Below, in pieces: positions 19,070-28,755 of a DNA stretch of 64,000 nucleotides. The stretch spans positions 15,045 through 79,044 of the forward strand of contig JAXLUO010000018.1 of the NCBI GenBank assembly GCA_046329495.1, given 5' to 3'. Under the pieces are notes generated by a model. That model saw only the letters and a program-made list of their open reading frames with translations. It made no database searches and had not been told where the DNA came from. A program made the translations under genes and the position numbers. Positions within the stretch are counted from its first letter, which is position 1. Each line of letters starts with the position of its first letter. Source of the stretch: Chitinophagales bacterium (GTDB lineage Bacteria > Bacteroidota > Bacteroidia > Chitinophagales > LD1).

Positions 19070-19831
19070 CTATATCTCCACTTTCAGCCCATCATAGGCA
19101 ATTTTAACACCTGCCGGCAAGCGGTGCTCCATTTCAGCATGCAGCCCGAATTGATGGCTCATATGCGTAAAGTAAGTTACTTCGGGCTTCAATTCTTCTA
19201 CCAACGCCAATGCCTGCGGAATGGATAGGTGCGAATAATGTTCCGTTTCGCGCAGTGCATTTAACACCAGCACCTTCGTACCGCGTATTTTATCCATTTC
19301 GTCGGGCGCAATTGTTTTTGCATCTGTAATGTAGGTAAAGCTACCTATTCTGAAAGCCTTTACGGGCATATGCGCATGCATTACTTCTATGGGTGTAACA
19401 TGTAAATGACCCACCGAAAAAACATCCTTATCAATCCGGTGAAAATTCATTTTTGGCAGATACGGATAATCGGTTTCGGTAAAGGCATAGCTATACTGCT
19501 CCTTAATCCCCATTTCGGTGGGCAGGTCGCAGTAAAACTCCATTGGTTTTTGGTTGATAAAATTAAAGGAGCGGATATCGTCAATACCACCAGTGTGGTC
19601 CTTATGCTGATGGGTAAACAGCACAGCATCTAAATGCCTTACCTGTTCACGTAACATCTGTTGCCTGAAATCAGGTCCGCAATCAACAGCAATAGTTAAG
19701 TTTTGGTCTTTAATCAGTATGGAAGTGCGCAGGCGCTTATCACGGCTATCGGAGCTTTTACAAACCGGACATTGGCAGGCAATTAAAGGAACCCCGCCCG
19801 ATGTACCTGTACCTAAGAATGTAACTTCCAT
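19070..19831 (-). CDS. MBL-fold metallo-hydrolase
   Basis: THQHKDHTGG (HxHxDH) motif, N-terminal CxxC pair, 253 aa. Confidence 0.8.
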   Translation of the reverse strand: MEVTFLGTGTSGGVPLIACQCPVCKSSDSRDKRLRTSILIKDQNLTIAVDCGPDFRQQMLREQVRHLDAVLFTHQHKDHTGGIDDIRSFNFINQKPMEFYCDLPTEMGIKEQYSYAFTETDYPYLPKMNFHRIDKDVFSVGHLHVTPIEVMHAHMPVKAFRIGSFTYITDAKTIAPDEMDKIRGTKVLVLNALRETEHYSHLSIPQALALVEELKPEVTYFTHMSHQFGLHAEMEHRLPAGVKIAYDGLKVEI

Positions 19832-19915
19832 TGCTTGCCGTATATTTACTGAACTACGCCTGTAATTGTAAAGCTAATAAAAGCTATTTACCGAAATGCG
19901 TAGTAATCAGCGGCT

Positions 19916-20209
19916 TTAGGCAGCCTTCTTGCCTTCAAACAGGCTCATCTTTTCAGCCTTCACCTGCTGGTAAAGCTGGGTACTTTCCGAAGAAAGGTTC
20001 TCCATCTCCAGATCGGTAATGGAAAGCAGTATCTCAATCAACGAATTGATTTTGGCTTCCACCTCATGGAATTTATTGATAACCACCACACGGCGCTTTT
20101 CTAAAATACAGTAGCCGTTCTGGAAGTTGCCCTTCTCAAAACGAACGGTATATCCTCCTTCGCGGAAAATATCTTCAATCTTCTTTAACAGGCCTGCATT
20201 ATATTTCAT
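19916..20209 (-). CDS. Hypothetical protein
   Basis: 97 aa ORF with coding-like composition. No motif recognised. Confidence 0.5.
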   Translation of the reverse strand: MKYNAGLLKKIEDIFREGGYTVRFEKGNFQNGYCILEKRRVVVINKFHEVEAKINSLIEILLSITDLEMENLSSESTQLYQQVKAEKMSLFEGKKAA

Positions 20210-20338
20210 TCGCTCTACCTTCTTATTTTTAACCCCGGTTAGTTAAAACGGGGCATTTCTGTCAAATTTGTGTCAAACCTATACGCAGTATTCCCTTCGT
20301 ATAACTATAACGAAAATATTTGTGTTCATATTTCCCGC

Positions 20339-21178
20339 ATGAAGAAGAAACTAACACTGTGGATTGTTTTTTTACCGTTTGTGGTTTTAGCCCAAACCGA
20401 GTTTAAGGACGGTGCCTTAACCATCGATTTCGGCAAAAAAAAGAAGCAAAATACCGATACTGTAGCCGCTCAACAGCCTGTAACCCAGGAAGAGGAGCAG
20501 GAAGAAAGCCCTAAGCCGAAGAAGGAAAAAAAGGTTAAAACCACCAACCCCGAAGACCAGGAGGATGAATTTAATCCCAAAAGAGACGGATTATTTAAGG
20601 CACTGTTTTCTGCCGGACTCAACGTTTCGCAGGTAGATGGCGACGACCAAGCAGGGTATAAACAACCCGGTGCACAGGGCGGTGTTGGGGTAATGATTAA
20701 GTTCCACAAGTACTTATCCGTTAGTGCACAGATACTTTACAACATGAAAGGGGCTTATCGCCGACGCAACCTCAATGAAAGCCCGCAGCAGATGTTCCGC
20801 ATTAATTGGGACTATATGTCTATCCCGCTTCTATTTAATATCCACGATAAAAAACTGATCATCGCCAGTGTTGGTCTCGGGTTAAACTATCAGGTGCGAA
20901 ATCAAATCATTTACAAGATCGAAAACCCTGTAGGCACCGGAAACATGGTCGATACTGTTTCCGTACTTCACTCACCCGAACCGCGTAAATTTGACTTAAC
21001 GGCCATCGTAGGCTTCCAGTTTTTAATCAAGAAAGTTTTCGGTATCGGCGCCAAATTCGAATATTCCTTGATTGGCTTACGGCCATCGGCAGGCTTAAAC
21101 ACCAAGGTAAGGATGATGTATAACAATACACTTACGCTTAACTTTACCTACATACTAAGCCCGAAAAAGAAAAAATAA
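20339..21178 (+). CDS. Outer-membrane beta-barrel (porin-family) protein with a K/E-rich linker
   Basis: Signal peptide MKKKLTLWIVFLPFVVLAQ, alternating beta-strand pattern, C-terminal aromatic-rich strand. The start is set at the internal ATG. Confidence 0.65.
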   Translation: MKKKLTLWIVFLPFVVLAQTEFKDGALTIDFGKKKKQNTDTVAAQQPVTQEEEQEESPKPKKEKKVKTTNPEDQEDEFNPKRDGLFKALFSAGLNVSQVDGDDQAGYKQPGAQGGVGVMIKFHKYLSVSAQILYNMKGAYRRRNLNESPQQMFRINWDYMSIPLLFNIHDKKLIIASVGLGLNYQVRNQIIYKIENPVGTGNMVDTVSVLHSPEPRKFDLTAIVGFQFLIKKVFGIGAKFEYSLIGLRPSAGLNTKVRMMYNNTLTLNFTYILSPKKKK

Positions 21179-21183
21179 ACCTG

Positions 21184-21504
21184 CTAAATAGTCGGCCAGC
21201 CATAATCGCGCTCTACTTTGCAGATGCGTACTTTAAACGATTGATACCATTCCTGCCGGCCTTTGGTTTGCGCTAACTGATGTTCGCTGTCGGCCTTCCA
21301 GCTTTTAATAGCCTCTAAGCTTTCCCAATACGAAACAGTTATGCCAACACCCTCACGTGCCGATTCATGACCTAAATAGCCGGGCTGTTGTTGTGCCAGT
21401 GCAACCATGTGTTCGCTCATGGCATGGTAGCCATTATCGCCTTCCGTGCGCAAACTTGTAAATATCACTGCATAGTATGGCGGCTTGGGTGTAGTGGCTA
21501 TCAT
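21184..21504 (-). CDS. Antibiotic biosynthesis monooxygenase (ABM) family protein
   Basis: 106 aa with a ferredoxin-like ABM pattern (YYAVIFTS, GYLGHES, VSYWESLEAIKSW). Confidence 0.7.
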   Translation of the reverse strand: MIATTPKPPYYAVIFTSLRTEGDNGYHAMSEHMVALAQQQPGYLGHESAREGVGITVSYWESLEAIKSWKADSEHQLAQTKGRQEWYQSFKVRICKVERDYGWPTI

Positions 21505-22388
21505 GGCCGCAAAACTACCAATTTAGATGTGGCCTTTAGCTTATCACCCGCTATTAGCTGCACAAAATAGACGCCGGCCGGCATATCCTTTACTGAGAAA
21601 TACATAACTGGTGAAACACCCTCTGCCACTTTAATAACTTCACCGTTCACATTTACAACCTGCAACTTCTCTCCTGCCACAGCCGCAGGCAATTGCATTG
21701 TAACGTAATCTATCGCCGGGTTTGGATAGATGCGCAATTCTTCACCCGATAGCTCATCTACCGAGGTTGACGAATTATAAATACAGGTATCATAATAGCT
21801 ATCGTGGTATTGCAATTGGCCTGCTTCAAAATAACATAGCAAGGCATAATCCGGCCCATCTACCATGCTCATATCCGAACCTCCCCAAATGGAGTGATTG
21901 TTCACCGAGCCAACACCGTCAATCCACATATCCTGATATTGCACCATGTTATTGGAGCAGCTTACATACATGCGTTTTTTTATACCATTCCAATTCACGG
22001 TGTCTACACTATCTACCCTGCATCCTATATCCGCCGTGCCGAAACCGTATTGTGATAAACCTGTAATAGAATCGCCTGCCATGGCACTGAAATCGTAGAT
22101 CTTGATATCCGCATTATTATACCACAACCAAATGCGGTTGGCAATATCACGTCGTAAATAATTGGGCGCGTAATAATGGTCGGTAATAGCCTGATAACTT
22201 ATACCGTTTATTAAAGTATCGCCTTTAATCTCAAAAACATGCGTATAGTAATATTCTCCTGCAGGGAACCAACCCCATTGGTGCTCCAGTATATTCCATT
22301 GCGCTGTCGTATCTGCAAAGTGGTACCATTGTGCTTTTACCAACAACATACTAACCGACAAGGTGAGCAGGAGTAACGTTTTCTTCAT
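21501..22388 (-). CDS. Secreted protein with a T9SS C-terminal sorting domain
   Basis: Signal peptide. The C-terminal region LRIYPNPAIDYVTMQL ... GVYFVQL ... KLVV is typical of the Por/T9SS CTD. Confidence 0.75.
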   Translation of the reverse strand: MKKTLLLLTLSVSMLLVKAQWYHFADTTAQWNILEHQWGWFPAGEYYYTHVFEIKGDTLINGISYQAITDHYYAPNYLRRDIANRIWLWYNNADIKIYDFSAMAGDSITGLSQYGFGTADIGCRVDSVDTVNWNGIKKRMYVSCSNNMVQYQDMWIDGVGSVNNHSIWGGSDMSMVDGPDYALLCYFEAGQLQYHDSYYDTCIYNSSTSVDELSGEELRIYPNPAIDYVTMQLPAAVAGEKLQVVNVNGEVIKVAEGVSPVMYFSVKDMPAGVYFVQLIAGDKLKATSKLVVLRP

Positions 22389-22451
22389 AGATTAAGTTTA
22401 CTTCAAATATACAGCATGCAAAGGCCCTTAATTGTCACAGAAATATCACAA

Positions 22452-23474
22452 CTAAAATAGCGTTCCGCCTATGGTAGGCGGCGTTTTACCTAAATGCTTA
22501 TAGGCCAGTTCAGTAGCCTCGCGTCCGCGCGGGGTGCGTTTTAAAAAACCTTCTTTTATCAAAAAAGGCTCATAAACTTCCTCCAGTGTGCCGGCTTCTT
22601 CACTTACGGCAGTAGCAATGGTAGTTATACCAACCGGGCCACCTTTAAACTTCTCGATAATAGCAGCCAATATGCGGTTATCCATTTCATCTAAACCATG
22701 CTGATCTACATTCAACTGATCAAGCGCATAATGGGCAATATCAAAAGTAATGGTGCCATTACCCTTTACCTGGGCAAAGTCGCGCACACGGCGCAGTAAT
22801 AAATTGGCAATACGCGGTGTGCCACGGCTGCGACGTGCAATTTCAAAAGCTGCATCTTCATTAATCTCAGCATTTAAAATTTTGCAACTGCGTTTAATAA
22901 TATTCTTCAGCACTTCGCTATCGTAGTACTCTAACCGGAACGTGATACCAAAACGCGAACGCAAAGGTGCCGTTAACAAACCCGAACGCGTAGTAGCCCC
23001 CACAAGCGTAAACGGATTAAGCCCTATTTGCACGGTGCGTGCATTGGGGCCGGTGTCAATCATTATATCAATCTTGTAATCTTCCATAGCGCTGTAGAGG
23101 TATTCTTCTACAACCGGAGAAATACGGTGTATCTCATCAATAAACAGCACGTCGTTAGGTTCCAGGTTTGTAAGCAACCCCGCCAGGTCGCCGGGCTTTT
23201 CCAATACCGGCCCGCTGGTAACCTTTACGTTCACGTTCATTTCGTTGGCCACTATGTAACTCAAGGTAGTTTTACCCAGGCCCGGAGGGCCGTGCAACAA
23301 CACATGGTCCAATGCCTCGCCGCGCTGTTTGGCAGCTTCTATAAACACAAACAGGTTGTCAATTATTCGCGGCTGGCCCATAAAATCATCCAGCGCACGC
23401 GGCCGCAGGGCCTTCTCAACTTCTGCTTCTTCTCCGGTAAGATTTCCCTTTTCAGGATCAAGATTCTTGTTCAT
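22452..23474 (-). CDS. ruvB: Holliday junction branch migration helicase RuvB
   Basis: [30 protein letters not shown], and the [16 protein letters not shown] sensor/arginine block. The start is set at MNKNL. Confidence 0.95.
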   Translation of the reverse strand: MNKNLDPEKGNLTGEEAEVEKALRPRALDDFMGQPRIIDNLFVFIEAAKQRGEALDHVLLHGPPGLGKTTLSYIVANEMNVNVKVTSGPVLEKPGDLAGLLTNLEPNDVLFIDEIHRISPVVEEYLYSAMEDYKIDIMIDTGPNARTVQIGLNPFTLVGATTRSGLLTAPLRSRFGITFRLEYYDSEVLKNIIKRSCKILNAEINEDAAFEIARRSRGTPRIANLLLRRVRDFAQVKGNGTITFDIAHYALDQLNVDQHGLDEMDNRILAAIIEKFKGGPVGITTIATAVSEEAGTLEEVYEPFLIKEGFLKRTPRGREATELAYKHLGKTPPTIGGTLF

Positions 23475-23544
23475 TTCGCGTGGTGAATTTAAGCAACTGG
23501 CAATAAAACATGCAATTGCTATTTTCACTCGTAATATTCTACTC

Positions 23545-24582
23545 GTGAAACTTTATTGGCTCCTCCCCTTGCTGGCTCTGGCCTCCTGCAAAACCGACCC
23601 TTTACGCACCTGCACCCGTAATTATAAAAACGACTCTATTCCACTGGTTACACGTATTGCTTTTGGCAGTTGTGCCGACCAGGAATTTGACCAGCCTATA
23701 TTAAACACCATCGTGGCACAGCAGCCCGACCTGTTTATTTACCTGGGCGATAACATCTATGGCGACACTTACAATATGCGCGAGCTGGAAAGTGAATACG
23801 GACAACTGGCATGTAAACCCGAATTCCAAAACCTGATTCATCATACCAAAGTACTGGCCACCTGGGACGACCACGATTACGGCCATAATGATGTTGGCAA
23901 AGAGTTCCCTTCGAAAGAAGAATCAAAACAGATCTTCCTTCGCTTTTGGGGAGAGGAAAACAACCTTGCCAGGCAAAGTCACCCCGGCATCTACACCTCT
24001 TATTACTATGGCGATTCGGCGCACCGCGTGCAGGTAATTCTGCTCGACCTCCGCACCTTCCGCGATAAACTGAAAACCGAGAATGATTATTATGTACCGA
24101 ATTTTGATTCAACGGCTGAGTTGCTGGGCGCTGAGCAATGGACTTGGTTAGCACACGAATTGGAACAACCTGCTAAAATTCGTTTTATCGGTTCCAGTTC
24201 CCGCTTTGCTACAGAGGCAGATGGCGGCGAATGCTGGGGCAACTTTCCTGTTGAGTTACAACGCTTTTTTAACCTGGTACAACTGAAACAAGCCAACGGC
24301 ATTGTATTCCTGAGTGGCGATATTCATTTTGGTGAGTTATGTAAACGGCAGGAACCGGGCTTGTATCCTCTATACGATTTTACAGCCAGCCCCCTGGCCC
24401 GCCATGCCAACGAACCCTGGTATAATATGTATCAGGTAGCTACCTCGCCGGTAGGCTATAACTTTGGTGTAATAGAAATTGATTGGCAAGCTACCGATCC
24501 GGTGCTACATTGTAAATCTTTCGGCGAAGCAGGTGATCTTCGTTTTAGCTACAACTTTCCGCTAAGCGAAATTCACTTCTGA
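23545..24582 (+). CDS. PhoD-like alkaline phosphatase/metallophosphoesterase lipoprotein
   Basis: [17 protein letters not shown] and SGDIHFGE metallophosphatase motifs. The GTG start gives the lipoprotein signal [14 protein letters not shown]. The longer ORF would overlap ruvB. Confidence 0.75.
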   Translation: MKLYWLLPLLALASCKTDPLRTCTRNYKNDSIPLVTRIAFGSCADQEFDQPILNTIVAQQPDLFIYLGDNIYGDTYNMRELESEYGQLACKPEFQNLIHHTKVLATWDDHDYGHNDVGKEFPSKEESKQIFLRFWGEENNLARQSHPGIYTSYYYGDSAHRVQVILLDLRTFRDKLKTENDYYVPNFDSTAELLGAEQWTWLAHELEQPAKIRFIGSSSRFATEADGGECWGNFPVELQRFFNLVQLKQANGIVFLSGDIHFGELCKRQEPGLYPLYDFTASPLARHANEPWYNMYQVATSPVGYNFGVIEIDWQATDPVLHCKSFGEAGDLRFSYNFPLSEIHF

Positions 24583-25754
24583 TTCTTACGTCGCTTGATC
24601 TCCTTCTGTAAAAGCGAAAGCTCACGTCCGGTTTGGCCGGCTACCGAAGTATTTTCCTGTGCTCGACGTATCAAATAAGGCACCACATCCTTTACCGGTC
24701 CATAAGGCAGATATTTGGTTGCGGTAAATCCCAAACGCGCCTGGTTAAAGGTTACATTATCGCCCATACCATACAGTTGCGAGAAAACAACATGCTCCGA
24801 GCCACGGTTTATTTTCATACTGTCCATTAATTGCATGGCCAGCAGGTTGCTCTTTTCACTTTGCGAGGCAATGCAAACATGTGTATGGTCTATATGTTCT
24901 AAACACAATTTCACAGCCGCATCAAAATCGGCATCAACCGCTTTCTTGTTTTTAGATATCGGTGAAGGATAGCCCATTTTTTCAGCGCGTTCCCGCTCCT
25001 TTTCCATGTAGGCACCGCGTACCAACTTAGCGCCTAATACGTACCCTCCCTTCTTTGCCGCCTCCATTTGTTGCTGCAGGTAAGCTAAACGGTCGTGCCG
25101 GTATAATTGGAACGTATTGGCCACCACACAGCGCTTTTTATTAAAGCGCGCCATCAGGTCCTCCGCTATTTTATCAAGCGCATCCTGTATCCAGCTTTCT
25201 TCTGCATCAATATAAATGGTGGTTCCGTGCTTATCAGCTTCCTCGCACAACGATTCAAAGCGTTCTAATACGCGTTCATATTCCTTCTTCTCATTGCCTT
25301 TTAAATGCTCGCCGCGTTGCACCTTTTCAAACAACTCTAAACGTCCATATCCGGTTGGTTTAACACACACGGCTTTCACGGCCTTATGCTTACCGGCAAA
25401 CTTCAGCGCTTCAATGTTTATGGCAACGGCATTATCGAAGTCCTCTTCTGTTTCTTTAAACTCAATTCCGTAATTCAATAACACTCCTACATGTTGTTCG
25501 GCCAAACCCTTAATGGTTTCTGTGCACTCGTCAAACGTTTCACCTCCGCAAAAGTGGTTGTATACCGTCCACTTAAACAAAGGCGAAACAGGCAAATGCA
25601 ACTTTAGCGAGAAGTTGGCCAGTGCTGTTCCAAGCTTTACAAACGAATTGTTCCCTACAATGGTAAACAGGGCTTTGGCCTTTTGTAAATCACCATCCGA
25701 TTTACCTGCAAAGGCTACCTGCGTATTTTCGAAAATTCCCGGCGAGATATCCAT
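24573..25754 (-). CDS. Proline dehydrogenase family protein
   Basis: 393 aa with a monofunctional ProDH-like pattern (VKPTGYG, LVRGAYMEKE, QLYGMGD, LPYGP..PYLIRRAQEN). Confidence 0.8.
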   Translation of the reverse strand: MDISPGIFENTQVAFAGKSDGDLQKAKALFTIVGNNSFVKLGTALANFSLKLHLPVSPLFKWTVYNHFCGGETFDECTETIKGLAEQHVGVLLNYGIEFKETEEDFDNAVAINIEALKFAGKHKAVKAVCVKPTGYGRLELFEKVQRGEHLKGNEKKEYERVLERFESLCEEADKHGTTIYIDAEESWIQDALDKIAEDLMARFNKKRCVVANTFQLYRHDRLAYLQQQMEAAKKGGYVLGAKLVRGAYMEKERERAEKMGYPSPISKNKKAVDADFDAAVKLCLEHIDHTHVCIASQSEKSNLLAMQLMDSMKINRGSEHVVFSQLYGMGDNVTFNQARLGFTATKYLPYGPVKDVVPYLIRRAQENTSVAGQTGRELSLLQKEIKRRKNQK

Positions 25755-25916
25755 AACAAAATGATGGCGAAGTTGGAAATATTTTCCGGTTGTGCTATAA
25801 CCACCTTAATCATAACCCATTTACCGCTAAAGGGTTTTAGTTACCGGCTGCTTTTTTAACTTTATTGCTTCGTTTGGCCCCATTTTGGGGCAACGATGGT
25901 TGATTAGCAAAGCACT

Positions 25917-27254
25917 ATGGAGATTTTGTATTTACTGATTGGTTTATTGGCAGGTGCCGCTGTAGCTTATTTCTTCCTCAAATCGAAATCGGAAGGAGAA
26001 TTGGGCGCAGCACGCGAGAAAGCACAATTGCTGGAACAAACCATTACCGAGGTTAAAAATGAACTGCGCCTGGCAAGTGAGCGCGCCGAGGCTTTATTAC
26101 GCGAAGAACGAAGCAAATCAGAAACACTGGGGCACGAGCTGGCCACCACCCGCGCCGAAGCCAATAACCTGCACCAGCGCTTATTGGAACAGAAAGCCGA
26201 ACTGGAAGACCTGAACCAACGCTTTACCAAGGAGTTTGAAAACCTGGCCAACCGCATTTTAGATGAGAAAGGCAAAAAGTTCAGTGAACAGAACGAGTCG
26301 CAGATCAAAAACATTCTCGATCCACTTCGCCACCGTTTAAACGAGTTCGAACAAAAAATTCAGCAGAACCATGTGGAGCAGGAAAAGGAACGCAGCGCTT
26401 TAAAAGAGCAGTTGCGTACCCTTACCGATATGAACAAACGCATGAGCGATGAGGCCATAAACCTTACCCGTGCATTAAAAGGCGAAGCTAAAACCCAGGG
26501 TAACTGGGGTGAATTGATCCTGGAAAAAATTCTGGAGAAAAGCGGTTTGCGCAAAGGCACCGAATATGATGTGCAGCCCACCTTCGTTAACGAGGATGGT
26601 TCGCGCCTGCAGCCCGACGTAGTAATTCACCTGCCCGAAGGCAAGAACCTGATCGTAGATAGTAAAGTATCGCTGGTGGCCTACGAGCGTTACAACAGCG
26701 CCGAACTGAAGGAAGAACAGGACCGCTATATGCGCGAGCACATTCTATCCTTACGCAACCACGTAAAAGGATTAAGCGGCAAAAATTATCAGAACTTATA
26801 CCAAATCGGCAGCCCCGATTTTGTGTTGCTATTTGTTCCTATCGAACCCGCCTTTTCGTTAGCGGTGGGCAACGATGACAACCTGTACCACGAAGCATTC
26901 GAAAAAAACATCATCATCGTTAGCACCTCAACGCTATTGGCAACGCTGCGCACCATCAACAACATCTGGAAACAGGAACGCCAAAACCGCCACGTGCTGG
27001 AGATCGCCCGCCAAAGCGGTGAACTATACGACAAGTTTGCTGCCGTAGTAGATGACTTCATAAAACTGGGCGTAAAAATGGAAGAAGGCAAAAAGACCTA
27101 CGAAGAAGCCATGGGGCGTTTGTATAAAGGCAAAGGCAATGTCATAGCGCGCTTCGAGAACCTGAAAACACTGGGGGCCAAAGCTTCTAAATCAATTAAC
27201 CCGAAGATTCTGGAACGCACAGATGATGTGGGCGACGAAAAAATAGAGCAATAG
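25917..27254 (+). CDS. rmuC: DNA recombination protein RmuC
   Basis: N-terminal transmembrane segment plus a long coiled coil, then the RmuC nuclease-like block (GNWGELILEKILE, PDVVIHLPEGKNLIVDSK, FVLLFVPIE). Confidence 0.9.
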   Translation: MEILYLLIGLLAGAAVAYFFLKSKSEGELGAAREKAQLLEQTITEVKNELRLASERAEALLREERSKSETLGHELATTRAEANNLHQRLLEQKAELEDLNQRFTKEFENLANRILDEKGKKFSEQNESQIKNILDPLRHRLNEFEQKIQQNHVEQEKERSALKEQLRTLTDMNKRMSDEAINLTRALKGEAKTQGNWGELILEKILEKSGLRKGTEYDVQPTFVNEDGSRLQPDVVIHLPEGKNLIVDSKVSLVAYERYNSAELKEEQDRYMREHILSLRNHVKGLSGKNYQNLYQIGSPDFVLLFVPIEPAFSLAVGNDDNLYHEAFEKNIIIVSTSTLLATLRTINNIWKQERQNRHVLEIARQSGELYDKFAAVVDDFIKLGVKMEEGKKTYEEAMGRLYKGKGNVIARFENLKTLGAKASKSINPKILERTDDVGDEKIEQ

Positions 27255-27800
27255 ATGTTTTCACTGATCATATACATACTTACAGCGGCCGTCGGTTTTA
27301 TGATGGGTTATTTGTACAAGCGTTCGTTTACCAACGCCCAGTTTTTTAACCCCGACCCCAAAAAGGCGCTTCGCCTGTTTATTACTATGTTCAGCCTGGC
27401 CACCGTGCTTACGTTTACTTTATCGTGGGTAACTACCCACCTGCTTAGCGAATCAACCATTGCTGAGGAAGGTAACATCAAATATCAGAACACGCACTCG
27501 GTAATGATCTTCGTGCTTAATTTCTTCTTCTTTGCTTTGGTGGTATTAGCCAACGTTTACAGTCAGGCATTAAAAAAAGTGGCATGGGTACCTTACTTGC
27601 TCACCATAGGTTTTTATGCCGTATTTATTTTAAAGGACACTTACTACGTTTCTAATTACTACGTAACCTGGCAGCAAGCCATGCACTTAACGGTAGGCGA
27701 CATCAGCGACCTAATTCAAAAAGCATGGACAAAAGTAGCCCTCGGTTTAGCCGTTACCGTGTTTAACCTGGGGATGATCTGGTGGGGCTTTAGAAAGTAA
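27255..27800 (+). CDS. Hypothetical membrane protein
   Basis: 181 aa with about 5 transmembrane segments. The start follows the rmuC stop directly. Confidence 0.55.
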   Translation: MFSLIIYILTAAVGFMMGYLYKRSFTNAQFFNPDPKKALRLFITMFSLATVLTFTLSWVTTHLLSESTIAEEGNIKYQNTHSVMIFVLNFFFFALVVLANVYSQALKKVAWVPYLLTIGFYAVFILKDTYYVSNYYVTWQQAMHLTVGDISDLIQKAWTKVALGLAVTVFNLGMIWWGFRK

Positions 27801-27805
27801 TAACC

Positions 27806-28618
27806 TTACTCTTTACCAAACGCCTGCATCACCGCTTCGCTTACACCAACAGCACTAAAGCCGCCATCGTGGTATAAGTTCTGCATAGTAACATAGCGCG
27901 TTAAATCGCTGAATAAACTAATGCAGTAATTAGCACAATCATCAGCAGGTGCATTACCCAACGGACTCATCTTATCAGCAAAGCCATAAAACGAATCAAA
28001 TCCTTTAATGCCGCTGCCGGCCGTAGTCATAGTTGGCGATTGCGAAATAGTATTTACCCGCACCTTTTTCTGCGAGCCATAGTAGTAACCGAACGAACGT
28101 GCCATACTTTCCAGCGTAGCCTTAGCATCCGCCATATCACCGTAACCGGGAAAGGCGCGCTGCGCCGCTATATAAGTTAAGGCCAAAATACTGCCCCATT
28201 CGTTCATGGCATCTTTCTTCATCAGCGTTTGCACCAGTTTATGAAAGCTAACCGCCGATATATCCAGGGTCTTCATCAACCACTCGTAATTCAAATCAGT
28301 ATAGGTTTTGCCTTTGCGCACGTTGGGGCTCATGCCTATGCTATGCAACACAAAGTCAAGCTTACCACCTAAGTGGTCCATCGCCTGTTGCACCAGTTTA
28401 TCCAGGTCTTCTACCAAGGTAGCATCTGCCGGTATCACAATAGTGCCACAGGCTTCCGCCAGTTTATTGATCTCGCCCATACGCAGTGCTACCGGTGCAT
28501 TGGTTAACACAAACGTTGCACCCTGCTTGTGCGCCTGTTCAGCCACTTTCCATGCCAGCGAATTCGCATCCAGCGCTCCAAAAATTATACCGCGTTTACC
28601 TTGTAGCAGATTGTTCAT
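27806..28618 (-). CDS. fabI: Enoyl-[acyl-carrier-protein] reductase (NADH) FabI
   Basis: 270 aa SDR-type protein. GKRGIIFGALDANSLAW and the Y..M..AK catalytic spacing (PGYGDMADAKATLE). Confidence 0.85.
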   Translation of the reverse strand: MNNLLQGKRGIIFGALDANSLAWKVAEQAHKQGATFVLTNAPVALRMGEINKLAEACGTIVIPADATLVEDLDKLVQQAMDHLGGKLDFVLHSIGMSPNVRKGKTYTDLNYEWLMKTLDISAVSFHKLVQTLMKKDAMNEWGSILALTYIAAQRAFPGYGDMADAKATLESMARSFGYYYGSQKKVRVNTISQSPTMTTAGSGIKGFDSFYGFADKMSPLGNAPADDCANYCISLFSDLTRYVTMQNLYHDGGFSAVGVSEAVMQAFGKE

Positions 28619-28696
28619 ACATCACTGTTTATGAATGCAAAATAGGAAATCAAAAATAAACGGGTTGTAGAGGCAGGGGTTCATGACCCAATGGTT

Positions 28697-28728
28697 AAAA
28701 AAATGGCCGGAACCTTTCGGTCCCGGCC
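28697..28728 (-). terminator. Rho-independent terminator of the RND efflux operon
   Basis: On the minus strand, ggccgggacc gaaa ggttccggcc followed by a T7 run, 28 nt downstream of the RND stop codon. Confidence 0.75.
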
Positions 28729-28755
28729 TCAACCCTGCTCATTTACTATTAATCC

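Noticed and set aside
23329-23544. The N-terminal 72 codons of the 417 aa ORF call for the PhoD-like gene.
   Set aside because: This part overlaps the ruvB 5' end on the opposite strand and translates to low-complexity R/S-rich sequence. An in-frame GTG at 23545 gives a clean lipoprotein signal peptide.
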